A stretch of DNA of 64,000 nt, taken from positions 800,001 to 864,000 of the forward strand of contig CAWIIQ010000001.1 of NCBI GenBank assembly GCA_963836185.1, given 5' to 3'. Origin of the DNA: Candidatus Krumholzibacteriia bacterium (lineage in GTDB: Bacteria; Krumholzibacteriota; Krumholzibacteriia; Krumholzibacteriales; Krumholzibacteriaceae). Position numbers and translations under genes: made by a program. Shown piece after piece: positions 10,935-20,733 of the stretch; positions within the stretch are counted from its first letter, which is position 1; each line of letters starts with the position of its first letter. A model generated the notes under the pieces. That model saw only the letters and a program-made list of their open reading frames with translations, was not told where the DNA came from and did not search any database.

Positions 10935-13403
10935 TCAACGGATCAGCACCATCTTTCTGGTCTCTGTGAACCCTTCGGTCCTGAGCATGTAGAAGTAGAT
11001 GCCGCTCGCGGCGGGAGTTCCGTTTATTGACTTTCCGTTCCATTCGGCGGCGTATTGACCTGCCGGCCGCGACTCGTTTATCAATACCGCGACCTGCCGT
11101 CCCGCGGCGTCATATACGCTGAGGTTCACAGATCCGCCCGACTCAAGCCCGAAGGCGATCGTCGTCGAAGGATTGAACGGGTTCGGCCAGTTCTGCGCGA
11201 GGAATGTCGCTTCGGGGATCGGCATCGGATCTTCGCCCGTGACCATGCCGCCGGGCCCGATGACTGCCAGGACGCTCATGTTCCCGTGGCGGTCGATCGC
11301 CGCGATCTTGTACCAGCTCTCGTACCAGCCGTCATATTCATCCATGAACAGAGGATCTGCAGTATCCCCAAGGTGGTTGAATCTCGCCGGCACGAAAAAT
11401 TCATCCGATCCGCGATAGACGGCGTAGTGAGACAGGTCCGCTTCGGAGTTCGGGTCCCATGACAGTTCGACGCCGGGCGGGCCCTCGAGCGGCTCACCGG
11501 CAAGCCCGAGCGGCTGAGCCGGCGCGAGGTTGTCGACCGAGTAGGCGCTGTCGGGGCCGACTATGAAGTAGTATGCCGGGTCGGTTGTGTGGATCGTGAC
11601 TACATAGTGCTCCCAGGGGATACCGCCTGAGGTCGAATCGCTTCTCGTCGGGACGGCGAAGAAGTAGGAGGGAAGCTGGCGGGCCGCCGCGTACCCTATC
11701 GATTCCCAGTCGCCCGGCGGGAAGTCGTAGTCGATCGCAGCGGGGGCCTTCAGTATATCCCCAGGTTCTGATGCTTCTTCGAAGAGGACCCCGGGCGGCG
11801 AGCCGTAGATATCCATCGCGGCGCCAGAGGTGCCGAGAGGCCCCGCCGCCATCTCGACCCGCCTCCAGATGTTGTACCCGGTTACCTGCAGGTAATCGAC
11901 ACCCGCCTTGTCATGTGTAGGCGCCGTCACGGATAGTCTGGCCCAGCCCCCTTCGTCGGCGGGAAGGTCGGCCGACGAGTCGAGCGAGGGCTCCCAGCCC
12001 ATGGTGCCGTCGGAGTAGATCCGAGCGGCGTATATATCGGTGTTGCCGTCCCGTTGGTCGGTCCATGCCGTCATGACCCCGCCTGCGCCGTCAGGTACAA
12101 GATGACCGGCACCGCTGAGGTCTTCGGAACTGCAGGCGATCACGCCTTCGGATGTCCAGAGGCTGGTTCCCGAGGAATTTATCTTCTGAACGCGGATGTC
12201 CCTGTTGTTTCCACTTACATCGTGCAAGGAGGTCCAGGAGATGAAGAAGTAGTGTGAGTCCGACGTGACGATCTGCGGGTTATATTCGGACGCCGGGCTG
12301 CCGGCCAGGATGTCCCCGTTATCTGTCCAGAGGTAATCGCCGTATGAGTCGAACCTCTGCATATAGATGTCGGATTCATTATAGGGGTCGTTCAGGCGCA
12401 GGTCTGTCCATGCAATGATCCCGCCCCCTTTTCCGTCGCCTGCGATGACCGGAGCACTCTGGGAATAGGGGGCAAGACAGACGGGTGTGCCGTTGTCCTT
12501 CCAGGCTGGTACGCCCATGTCATCGATATGTTGAACGAAAATATCAAGATATCCGTTACGTGAGTCCGCCCAGACGATGAGAGCTCCACCATTGCCGTTG
12601 GAAGCGATGTCGATCTGATTCTGCGATGATGGATCGCTGCAGACGCTGACCCCTCCGGGCGTCCAGAGGACCGTACCGGATGAGTCGAGCCTTTGAGCGT
12701 ATATATCGATTCCGCCGTTACGCCAGTCCTCCCATACGATGATAGCTCCACCGGAACCGTCCGGGATGATATGAAGGGATTCCTGGTCGCCTGTTTCGGT
12801 GCAGACGGCTATTCCTGAAGATGTCCATAACCTCGAGAGGTCGGTCCCCGAAAGCCGCTGCGCGTAAATATCCTTGTACAGCCAGCCATTGCGGTCATCC
12901 ACCCATGCGATTATGGCACCATCATCCCCGTCACTCGTCGATACCGGTTCGGATTGTACTGTGGGCGTATCGGAGACCCATTCCAGGATCCCGCCAAGTT
13001 TTGCTACAACCAGCGTAGTATCCGGGTCAAGCGGCTGCGAATGGTCCCAATAGTCGTCCTGCCACACGGCGATCACATATCCGTTGCTGCGCGGCACGAT
13101 CGACGGATACGACTGCCCGGTACCGTATGCACCCGGCAGGATACCGTTCTCGTTCCAGGCGACCGCGCCGGTAGAGTCGATCTTCTGATAGGCAGTGGTA
13201 AGGCCCGATAAGCGCTGGTCTAACCACATCGCGATCAGCCCTCCCGATCCGTCGGGAACGCACTGGAACAGGGTCTGCCCGGCCGGATCGGTGCAGAGCT
13301 CGTTTCCGTCCATCAGCCAGTAGGCCGAAGCCGGTGAGGAAATTATCAGGATCATCACAGCCGCGATAAACGCAGCCGATGTGATTGGATTGCTGGTACG
13401 CAT
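10935..13403 (-). CDS. Secreted beta-propeller-like repeat protein with FN3 and C-terminal FlgD-Ig/T9SS-type sorting domain
   Basis: Signal peptide and about 7 repeats of DGxGGxIIxWxDxRxGxxDIYxQR. FN3 (VDNLAPAQP..LSW..Y.VYR). C-terminus LAQNWPNPFNPSTTI...ASGIYF...RKMVLIR. Confidence 0.85.
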   Translation of the reverse strand: MRTSNPITSAAFIAAVMILIISSPASAYWLMDGNELCTDPAGQTLFQCVPDGSGGLIAMWLDQRLSGLTTAYQKIDSTGAVAWNENGILPGAYGTGQSYPSIVPRSNGYVIAVWQDDYWDHSQPLDPDTTLVVAKLGGILEWVSDTPTVQSEPVSTSDGDDGAIIAWVDDRNGWLYKDIYAQRLSGTDLSRLWTSSGIAVCTETGDQESLHIIPDGSGGAIIVWEDWRNGGIDIYAQRLDSSGTVLWTPGGVSVCSDPSSQNQIDIASNGNGGALIVWADSRNGYLDIFVQHIDDMGVPAWKDNGTPVCLAPYSQSAPVIAGDGKGGGIIAWTDLRLNDPYNESDIYMQRFDSYGDYLWTDNGDILAGSPASEYNPQIVTSDSHYFFISWTSLHDVSGNNRDIRVQKINSSGTSLWTSEGVIACSSEDLSGAGHLVPDGAGGVMTAWTDQRDGNTDIYAARIYSDGTMGWEPSLDSSADLPADEGGWARLSVTAPTHDKAGVDYLQVTGYNIWRRVEMAAGPLGTSGAAMDIYGSPPGVLFEEASEPGDILKAPAAIDYDFPPGDWESIGYAAARQLPSYFFAVPTRSDSTSGGIPWEHYVVTIHTTDPAYYFIVGPDSAYSVDNLAPAQPLGLAGEPLEGPPGVELSWDPNSEADLSHYAVYRGSDEFFVPARFNHLGDTADPLFMDEYDGWYESWYKIAAIDRHGNMSVLAVIGPGGMVTGEDPMPIPEATFLAQNWPNPFNPSTTIAFGLESGGSVNLSVYDAAGRQVAVLINESRPAGQYAAEWNGKSINGTPAASGIYFYMLRTEGFTETRKMVLIR

Positions 13404-13629
13404 CTGACGGCACCTTCCTTTCGTTGATCGTAATTCTTTCCAAGGGCTGCTCTGCTGCCGGCGTCTGCATTTCATGAGCCGGATGAAACATCAAAAATAG
13501 CGAAACAGAACAGGACTATAATTATAACATATATTGGCTCTAATGTTAATACCGGTAATGAGTTATACGGTATATATCCTATATAAATTGTAAGGATTAG
13601 ATGATAGGATCGCCTGCTCTTGAGAGGCA

Positions 13630-13652
13630 ATGTACATATAATATTTATACAT
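13630..13652. promoter_or_regulatory. Imperfect palindrome, probable antitoxin autoregulatory operator
   Basis: ATGTACATATAATATTTATACAT contains TATAAT and sits directly before the AGGAGG RBS of the TA remnant. Confidence 0.6.
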
Positions 13653-13667
13653 CAAAGGAGGCGTGAA

Positions 13668-14018
13668 ATGATCAGGACGCAGATATATCTAACGGAAAAA
13701 CAGAGGGATGATCTGGCATCGATGGCAATGGTCGTCGCGGAGCTTTATGCCGGAGTGAAAGGTGAAGCGGAAGAGGGCGTCTTGGGGGAATTCGTATCGC
13801 TCTTTCGTATCGTCTCGGCCACTGCCGAGATAGCCCGGTCCGCGGGCCTGTACAAAAGGGATTACGGCAGCTCGCACGGTGTAGGACTAGCGGATGCGGT
13901 CCTCGCCGCGACCGCTATGGTCGAGGAAGCGATTCTGAAGACGCTCAACACAAGACTTTATCCCATGATCAAAGGTCTCGAGCCGGCGTACAGGAAGCAG
14001 GAAGACGCCTTGCTGTAA
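13668..14018 (+). pseudogene. In-frame fusion of an RHH/CopG antitoxin N-terminus and a VapC (PIN) toxin C-terminus
   Basis: MIRTQIYLTEKQ is a typical RHH start. VAELYAG, GLADAVLAATA and LKTLN..YPM are PIN motifs, and the N-terminal PIN Asp motif is absent. Confidence 0.75.
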
Positions 14019-14183
14019 ATAGAATTATTTCACTTTACATAATCTCTCGCCAACAATATCATTTGTTCAGCGGTAAATCTAATGATGATACAGCATGATT
14101 GATGCCTGTCGGCGGAGCTTCGTGGAAAGAATGCCCTGTCGGCGGGTGTGATGCAATGGACCTTCGAGAAAGGCGGTGTCTCT

Positions 14184-15418
14184 GTGCTTTCAACATTGTT
14201 ATGGCCGAAAGGCAGGATGCTGGTTCTTCTGCTCATCCCGCTCGTCGCTTTCGTTTCCTGTAGCGAGGACGATCCGGCAGCTCCGTCGAATGATCCGGCT
14301 TGCCGGCTTTCCGACGATGCCCTCGATTTCGGGGCGGTTGCCATCGGGGGTAGCAGAGAGCTTTCCTGCACCATTAAAAACACTGGCGGGGGACACTCGC
14401 TGGAGATGTCAGCGAGACTTGTGCTTACTACGTTATCGTATCAGGCGGCGGCGCCTTCTCGCTCGGCGCAGGCGATTCGGTCGTCGTGACCGTGCGGTTC
14501 GAGCCGTCGGAAGAGGGTACCCACACGTGCTCGGTCGCCACGGGCGTGGCTTCGTGCGGCGGCATCTCATGTACTGGCGATGCTCAGTACGCCTGGGAGA
14601 CGATTTACACGAGCGGTTATCACTTCTGGAACGATATCTGGGGCAGCTCGGCAGCCGATATCTGGGTTGTAGGAGGGGAGATGAGGCATTACAACGGCTC
14701 CGTCTGGTCCGAGGTAACGAATCCCTCCGACAAATCCCTCTACGGCGTCTGGGGGAACGGGCCAATAATGTCTATGCCGTCGGGCACGATTACTTCACCA
14801 GCAAGGGGGTCATCCTCCATTACAACGGATCCTCCTGGAGCATTATCCTGGACGAACTTTCAGTAGGATTTCTGGGTATCTGGGGGAGCGGCCCGAACAG
14901 ATATCTACGCTGTCGGAATCGGCGCCAGCGCGTACCATTACAACGGTTCGACCTGGGAGACTGTAATGCTCGGTGGTGTTATCTATCAGGCCGTCTGGGG
15001 CACGGCGTCGAACGATGTCTTCGTCGTAGGCGATACCGGAAGGATCCAGCACTACAACGGCTCGACATGGGAGACGCAGACCAGCGGAACGTCCTATGCG
15101 CTGATCGGGATCTGGGGTATATCGGGCAGCGACGTGTACGTCAGCGCAATGGAAGGTATACTTTCCTATGCAAGCCCGTCGTGGGCATGGATGCAGGTCA
15201 CAGGTTCAAGCCCGCGCATGGAGGACATCTGGGGGACTTCACCGACCGACATCTACAGCGCAGGGTACGGTGGCAGGATCATGCATTTCGACGGCTCGAG
15301 CTGGAATGACATGCTAAGCCCCACGACTGAGAAACTACTCGGGATCTGGGGGACTTCCTCCTCGAATATCTACGTTGTCGGAGATGGCGGATCGATCCTG
15401 CGTTATACCGGGAACTGA
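14184..15418 (+). CDS. Lipoprotein with an Ig-like (ASH/choice-of-anchor D-like) domain and WG-repeat beta-propeller (3 frameshifts)
   Basis: Lipobox FVSC, LDFGAV..IKNTGGG..VTVRFEP, and repeated IWGxSxxDIYxVG...HYNGSxW. Indels near 14390, 14760 and 14897. Confidence 0.72.
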
Positions 15419-15437
15419 GGCTGGCGCGCAAGTAACG

Positions 15438-15997
15438 TCAGAATGAGCGGGAATACTGCACTCGGAGCTCGCGGCCCCGTTCTATATACATGCTGAGGCT
15501 GCCCCCCAGTTCGACCTGCTTCCAGGTCTGGCCCGGAGCGACCGCTCCGATCAGTGCCCCTACCGCCATGCACGGGATCCCGACGGCGCCGATGATTCCG
15601 ATCACTCTCGCGCTTGAGGCGGTGTTGCTGCACGCGTTCCACGGGTCGCCGCAGTCCGCGTCGACATCGTCCCAGGTCGCGAGGCCGTATATCATCCCTA
15701 TCGTCGCGCCGATTGCGCCTCCGATCCCCGCGCCGATCAGCGCCCCTGTGCCCTTCGATCTGGGAGCCCTTATCTCCAGCTTCTCGATCTCGCCGAACGC
15801 GATCGAACTGGATTGCTTATCCTTTTCGCCCTGCACGTACAGGGTATCGGGGCTGAAGCGCTCAAGCACATAGCTTTCGCGGTTGCCGGCCGTACTGATG
15901 CGCAGCCTGTCTCCCTCTTTGAATCCGTGCCCGGTCTGGGCGATCCCATTGGCCGGCAGGAGGACCACACGCCCGCGATAACTGTCAGTACTCGCAT
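15438..15997 (-). CDS. Hypothetical exported protein with glycine-zipper-like segments (frameshift near 15968)
   Basis: MRVLTVIAGV in one frame joins VLLPANGIAQ. GALIGAGIGGAIGATIG and VGALIGA segments. Confidence 0.6.
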
Positions 15998-16022
15998 ATC
16001 AAAACCTTCGAAAAAGCCTCGA

Positions 16023-16661
16023 TCAGAATCGATAACGGATGCCGGCTGTCAGCGGCATGCCCATTATGGTGTAGGACAGACCGTCCGCGATCTTATCCCC
16101 CCGGGAATGACGGTCACCGAGGCGGATATAGTAAAGGCTGTGTTCGGGCTGATATCCCGGTCGAACTCGACGCCGAACAGGTATCCAAGTTTGTTTTTCA
16201 TGAAGTCGTAATCATATGTAGTTCCCTGAAAGGTCTCGCGGCCTGAGCACAGGCAATAGTTCAGGCCCAGTATCAGCGCTAAGGTGTGCAGCCGGTCGTC
16301 CCAGAGGTGGGGCTTGAACTGGGCTCCGACGTAAAAGATATAGGCGGACGCATCGATGATGTCTCCGTTTGAGGCGGCATAGTCCTCCCACGCGCCAGTG
16401 CTGAGATCGATATAACCCGCGGTCAGCGCCATGCCCAGATGCTGTGTGAACCTGATCTCCGTGTCTCCCTGAAATGCCGATCCCTCCGCCGAACTGGTCG
16501 AAACCTCCGTACCGGTGGGTATTCCAGTCCCCGAATGGAAAGAAATAGCCCGCGCCCAGACTGATGGAAGTCTTTGCTGCTTCGGCAGGGGAGGGAACCG
16601 CTGCAGACAGCATTACCAACAGAGACAGGACACAGAACCATAGTGCCGCATTTCTTTTCAT
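16023..16661 (-). CDS. Small outer-membrane beta-barrel protein (2 frameshifts)
   Basis: Signal peptide MKRNAALW and alternating beta strands. The reconstructed C-terminus PLTAGIRYRF* is a typical beta-signal. Confidence 0.7.
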
Positions 16662-17136
16662 TTTGATACCGCTTCCGTTTTCCAGCACAGCCGCGAGCGT
16701 ATCGGCCGTCACTTCCCAGGATCGGGCGCCCCCCGAGGAAGGTGTAGTCGTACATTCCAGGGTCGACCATTCACAGCCGCTCGATGCCGGTTCGTACGGG
16801 GCGATCGAGAATGTCCGTTCGGCGCTTCCCGATACGCTCTGCCCCGGTGGAGTAGAAGACCTTCGCGGTTACGATGGAGTAGCCTTCTTTCTCGAATATC
16901 GCGCCCCCGCCAGGAGAGATGTAGAGGAACGGATCGCCATCGACGATCACATTTACGTAATGGGACGTCTTGTTGACTACGGTAAGGCGGCCTACATCCC
17001 CGCCGACCGTGACGTCCACGGAAAGGGCAAGGAGCAGGAGAGCCGCCGCGGCACGCAGTATGATCCTGAATGGCGCGGTGCTGTGGCGCGTCGAGTATGT
17101 GCTGCGGGAATCATCGGGTTCGCGTTTTCTGGACAT
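16658..17136 (-). CDS. Hypothetical exported protein (frameshifted)
   Basis: Hydrophobic signal, then GRLTVVNKT. Continues after an indel near 16843 as GQSVSGSAERTF...SWEVTADTL. The stop position is inferred from an ATGA overlap with the next gene. Confidence 0.5.
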
Positions 17137-17247
17137 GACCCTCCCCCTTTGAGTCAATCACCAGATGTTGTCCCGGGATGCGTGGCTATTATACCATGGA
17201 AAATCCAGAAAAATCTGCATATTTTTCAACTTCAATGAGCTGTTTCT

Positions 17248-17390
17248 TTATGCGCTGTCCGGATCAACGATCTCGAAGTCTTTTCCGACAACAGTATATG
17301 ATGGAACGCCAGCCAGGTCAGTAGGAATGCCGACTGCTGGCGCGGCCTGGTCATGTATTACTGCAAAGATTGGTATCCTGATTCCTGTGT
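17248..17390 (-). pseudogene. Possible 3' remnant of a deleted gene
   Basis: Start-less, protein-like stretch GIRIPIFAVIHDQAAPAVGIPTDLAGVPSYTVVGKDFEIVDPDSA* directly after the spermidine-synthase-fusion stop. Confidence 0.3.
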
Positions 17391-17420
17391 GAGCGGCGGA
17401 AGCTGACAAAATCAGGCGAT

Positions 17421-20400
17421 TTAGTCTCGCCAGTGCTCCGAGGCACGCAGATTGGCAAAGAATTCCTCTTCTTCGAACTGCTGACGCTCCGCCAGGCCGC
17501 GTTTCAGGCAGAAGTCCATCCACTCCGCAGCCTCTCTCGTGCGCCCCGCCATGCTGTAGCACGACGCAGCTGACAAGGCCGCGCCGGTGTACTCCGGCGA
17601 CACTTCGCAGACTGCGGCGAAGGCGTCGCCGGCCTCGCCGTAGCGCTCGAGGCTGGCCAGTGCCATGGCCACATTATTGCGGTTGACTGGTGAGTCGGGT
17701 ACGATGGCGAGCGCTCTCTCGAAGCTTGCCAGCGCCTCCTCGAAACGTCCCGCCATTGCCAGTTGTCGCCCCTCAAGGCTGTACCCTCGGTCGTCGTCGG
17801 GAAAGCGCGCAAGGAAGTCGTCGATTCCAGCTTCAAGGTCATCGCCGCGCTTCAGTGCCCGCAGGGTGAGCAGGCGGTTGTAGTGCAGGTTCGCGTCGTC
17901 GGGCCGCTCGCGCAGGGCCTCATCGAAAATCGCCAGCGCTTCGGCCGGGCGGCCCTGGTCATAGCGCTGCAGGCCCAGTTTCACCCTGGCCCGCACGTCG
18001 GTCATGCGGCCCGAGGCTGCTCCGGCCTCCAGCAGTTTGTCCTTTTCGTCGAGCTGGTCCAGTACCGCGGTCAGCCGCGGATCGCCGGGATTGATCTCCA
18101 GGCCCTCCGCGAAGCGGGGCCTGGCATTGTTCAATTGCCCGCTGCCGCCGCCCATAGCGAAGCCAGCCAACAGTCTCTCCGATGCGCCCTGGTGTCGCTC
18201 AAGCTTGTCTTCATCGACCGCCCCGGCCAGACGCAGCTCCGATGGATCGAACAGTCGCTGCAGCCAGAGCAGGTCATCGTCCTCGTGGACCGTAAGCCTC
18301 TTGGAACGGTAGGCCTGTACTACGCTGAACTCCAGTCGCGGCCGTTCCCAGGTATTGATCGGGGAGGAGCCAAGGTCGGCGGCCAGCCGCTCCTTCCCCG
18401 CCACGTACAGACCGGCGATGCTGTAGGGATCGTCGAGTTGCAGCGAGGTCAGGTCGGCGGCAAGCGCCGGCTGCTTTACGTGGCGCGCAGCGGCGTCCAT
18501 GTCGAGGACCAGGGGCGACGGGCTGCCCGCCAACACGTAGTTGTAGGGATCGTACCAGAATACGGCGACGTGGGGGAAAGCGGCCAGGAAGCTGCGGGTG
18601 ATCATCTGCAGTTCGATGAGCGGTAGATGCGTGGCCAGCCACTGCACCATGACGCCGTCCGTGGTAAGCCGGTCGCGGCAGAGCTCATAGTAGTCACGTG
18701 ACAGCAGCGGCGCGTTGCCTGAGTATTGGGGATTCAGCTTGGAGTCGCTGCTGATGATGTCGTAGCGTTCCTTCGCGGTGAGCAGGAACTGCACACCGTC
18801 GCCGACGATGATCCGCGTACGCGGATCATCCAGGACATAACCATTGAACGGTCCGAAGTGGCGGGCTCCATCGACGACGCTCGGCACGATCTCCACGCAG
18901 TCGAGTCGTTCCAGCTGGGAATAGAGAGCCAGAGCACCCAGCGTTATCCCACTGCCAAGTCCGACCGAAAGCGTGCTGCGCGCTTCGGGCGCGAGCAACA
19001 TCGGCAGATGGGCGAGGATCTTCTCCTTGCGCAGGATTGTTTTCTCTGTGCCACCGATGTGGTACCCGTCGATGCTCATGTGCAGGCCGCCATCGGGCTT
19101 TCGATAGACACGAGTCTCCGCGGCGTGGTCCTCGCGCTCGAAGAGGACGCGGTCGTACGGACCCTGTGTGTCGCTAAGCAGCGTTCGGCCGCTGCGCGCC
19201 AGTTTCGGCGCGGAGGCAGCCAGGGCCAGCAGGACAAGCGCTGCCACCACAGGCTCAACGGCCCTGCGGCGGCGTGTACCGAGGTGGGCGGCCAGTCCGA
19301 CTGCCGCACTCAGGCAGCCGGTCAGGATCAGCGCGCCCTTTGCGCCGAACAATGGCAGCAGCAGGAAGCCTGCGGCCAGGGAGCCGGCGATAGCGCCCAG
19401 CGTATTGAAAAAGTAGAGATTACCCACGCCGCCGCCCAGCCGACGCAGCTCGTGCACTCCGATGCGAGTGACGACAGGGAAGGTCATGCCCGTCAGGAAT
19501 GTGGTAGGCGCCATGACCGTGAAAGCCACCAGGAAGCGGCGGGCTATGTAGCTGGTCCATCCGATTTCTCTGCTGTTGAGCCAGTCACCGTCCGCCACGC
19601 GCGGCAGCCACTCCCAGATGAGCAGTACGGTGGAGAGCGCAGCGACTCCGATGGCGAGCTGCGTCCAGCCCAGCAGCGCGACCTGTCGGCGTACGCGGTC
19701 CACCAGGTGCCCGCCCAGCCAGCCGCCGAAGGCAAGGCCGAGCAGGAATGTGGTCAGCATCGCGCTGAAGGCGTAGGTCGAGTTGCCCAGGAAATGTTGC
19801 AGCGCACGGCTCCAGTAGAGTTCGTAGCCCAGGGAAGCGAATCCGCTGAGCGCGAAGATCAGGCATAGCAGGCGCGGGTCGATCGCCATATCGGCATCAG
19901 GGGCCGGTGCTGCCGCCTCCGGCGCGTCCACTGCCTCCGCGGCGGGGTGCGTGCCCCGTTCCACGAGCAGGATCAGCAACCCGATCAGCAGGTTGATGGC
20001 GATGGCCAGGAAGGTGGATATACGCAGGCCGAATGCGCCTATCAGTACGAACCCCGCGAGGAAGCAGCCCAGCACCGCGCCGAAGGTGTTCACGCCGTAG
20101 AGCAAGCCCAGTCCGCGTCCCATGCGCTCGCGGCTGGTGACTACGAAGCGGGCGAGCACTGGAAGCGTACCTCCCATCAGGAAAGTCGGGGGCAGCAACA
20201 GGACCAGCGCCACGATCACGCGGAGCACCGCCAGAGCCGGGCCGGGTAATACCCGGGCGACGGCGACGTAGGCCGCCGGTGCGAGGAGGATGAGCAGGTA
20301 GGCGGCCAGGCCCGTGATTGCGATACCGAATTCAAGACGAGCGTAAAGCGCCAGCGGCCGGGGATTTCGGTCGGCTATTTTCCCGAAGTGACGGCTCCCA

Positions 20401-20561
20401 AGGGCGAGGCCGCCCATGAAGGCGGCCAGCACTGTGCTGATGGCGAAACTCGTTCCTCCCAGCAGGTGGCTGAGCAGGCGGATCCAGGTGATCTCGTAGA
20501 TCAGCCCGCTAACACCGGAGAGTGTGAACAGCAGCAGGACGAATAGCGTGGAGCGTCGCAT
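17421..20561 (-). CDS. Fused MFS-like membrane domain / spermidine-synthase-like SAM domain / TPR protein
   Basis: SGVSGLIYEITW, LYGVNTFGAVLG, VGLGSGIT, VEIVPSV, GDGVQFL and C-terminal TPRs. Confidence 0.9.
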   Translation of the reverse strand: MRRSTLFVLLLFTLSGVSGLIYEITWIRLLSHLLGGTSFAISTVLAAFMGGLALGSRHFGKIADRNPRPLALYARLEFGIAITGLAAYLLILLAPAAYVAVARVLPGPALAVLRVIVALVLLLPPTFLMGGTLPVLARFVVTSRERMGRGLGLLYGVNTFGAVLGCFLAGFVLIGAFGLRISTFLAIAINLLIGLLILLVERGTHPAAEAVDAPEAAAPAPDADMAIDPRLLCLIFALSGFASLGYELYWSRALQHFLGNSTYAFSAMLTTFLLGLAFGGWLGGHLVDRVRRQVALLGWTQLAIGVAALSTVLLIWEWLPRVADGDWLNSREIGWTSYIARRFLVAFTVMAPTTFLTGMTFPVVTRIGVHELRRLGGGVGNLYFFNTLGAIAGSLAAGFLLLPLFGAKGALILTGCLSAAVGLAAHLGTRRRRAVEPVVAALVLLALAASAPKLARSGRTLLSDTQGPYDRVLFEREDHAAETRVYRKPDGGLHMSIDGYHIGGTEKTILRKEKILAHLPMLLAPEARSTLSVGLGSGITLGALALYSQLERLDCVEIVPSVVDGARHFGPFNGYVLDDPRTRIIVGDGVQFLLTAKERYDIISSDSKLNPQYSGNAPLLSRDYYELCRDRLTTDGVMVQWLATHLPLIELQMITRSFLAAFPHVAVFWYDPYNYVLAGSPSPLVLDMDAAARHVKQPALAADLTSLQLDDPYSIAGLYVAGKERLAADLGSSPINTWERPRLEFSVVQAYRSKRLTVHEDDDLLWLQRLFDPSELRLAGAVDEDKLERHQGASERLLAGFAMGGGSGQLNNARPRFAEGLEINPGDPRLTAVLDQLDEKDKLLEAGAASGRMTDVRARVKLGLQRYDQGRPAEALAIFDEALRERPDDANLHYNRLLTLRALKRGDDLEAGIDDFLARFPDDDRGYSLEGRQLAMAGRFEEALASFERALAIVPDSPVNRNNVAMALASLERYGEAGDAFAAVCEVSPEYTGAALSAASCYSMAGRTREAAEWMDFCLKRGLAERQQFEEEEFFANLRASEHWRD

Positions 20562-20733
20562 TTTTGCCTTTCAATCGGGGATCGATGTGATTTCCAGACG
20601 GCGATTATATTGGAAATTGGATTTCGTGTCAATTCTGCCCGGACGTCTGAATTTGTCGAGGGGATGCGATGCGGGGGAGATAATCCGAGTTATATATTTA
20701 CAGTCTGAGTTCATGTGATAGAATTCCCGTACG

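Noticed and set aside
11950-15418. Periodic repeats as a CRISPR array or DGR template/variable repeats
   Set aside because: They are degenerate protein-level propeller repeats within CDSs. There are no identical DNA repeats with spacers, and no cas or reverse transcriptase gene.
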